NCBI GenBank assembly: GCA_041640655.1
Contig: JBEPZV010000015.1
Location: 1-53,949, forward strand
Source: a bacterium
GTDB lineage: Bacteria > Acidobacteriota > Blastocatellia > HR10
Length of the DNA: 53,949 nucleotides
Reading direction: 5' to 3'
Shown piece after piece: positions 53,861-53,949 of this stretch. Position numbers and translations under genes: made by a program. Under the pieces are notes generated by a model. It saw only the letters and a program-made list of their open reading frames with translations, had not been told where the DNA came from and did no database searches. Every line of letters begins with the position of its first letter. The first letter of the stretch is position 1.

Positions 53861-53949
53861 ATGACGGTCATAGGTCTTACAGGACTTGGTCTTTATATCC
53901 CGGAACGCACGATGACGGCTGAGGAATTGGCCGCGGCCTCCGGGATCCC
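53861..53949 (+). CDS. 3-oxoacyl-ACP synthase III-like protein, N-terminus (truncated by the window)
   Basis: MTVIGLTGLGLYIPERTMTAEELAAASGI matches the FabH-like G.G.Y.PE N-terminus; RBS GGAG. Confidence 0.65.
   Translation, partial: MTVIGLTGLGLYIPERTMTAEELAAASGI

Overview
A GC-rich, gene-dense bacterial chromosome segment. A thermophilic Acidobacteriota-like host is a guess from gene content and style, not something the sequence shows. It contains about 40 CDS, five tRNAs (Ser-TGA, Val-TAC, Asp-GTC, Glu-TTC, Glu-CTC) and housekeeping genes (deoB, hpt, gltA, maeB, ald, nifJ, pyrG, gyrA). I found no CRISPR array, prophage or IS element. Four things stand out. (1) An apparent self-contained sigma-54 regulon: five correctly spaced -24/-12 promoters (5171-, 5509+, 13308+, 17332+, 21500+), each with tandem TGGGG-N6-CCCCA-like palindromes about 70-150 bp upstream. 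They lie around a GAF/PAS kinase and NtrC-type activator pair and would drive a hydrogenase-less HydABC/Bfu-type complex coupled to a stand-alone FMN glutamate-synthase-family protein, plus gltA, maeB and an ald-CoA transferase-PFOR operon. One promoter has no clear sense gene and reads antisense into the kinase. (2) Two selenoproteins that the ORF track splits at an in-frame UGA, each with a SECIS-like hairpin: a protein disulfide oxidoreductase (UPYC) and a signal-peptide-bearing peroxiredoxin (TGGU). (3) A cytochrome c-fused CydA/CydA'-like oxidase pair, a non-canonical EF-P paralogue and a stand-alone HemA-dimerisation-like peptide. (4) Candidate structured RNAs (21526-21645, 36630-36833), apparent RTCGAY avoidance, and compositionally foreign segments. 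All calls come from manual reading; no database searches or folding programs were run.
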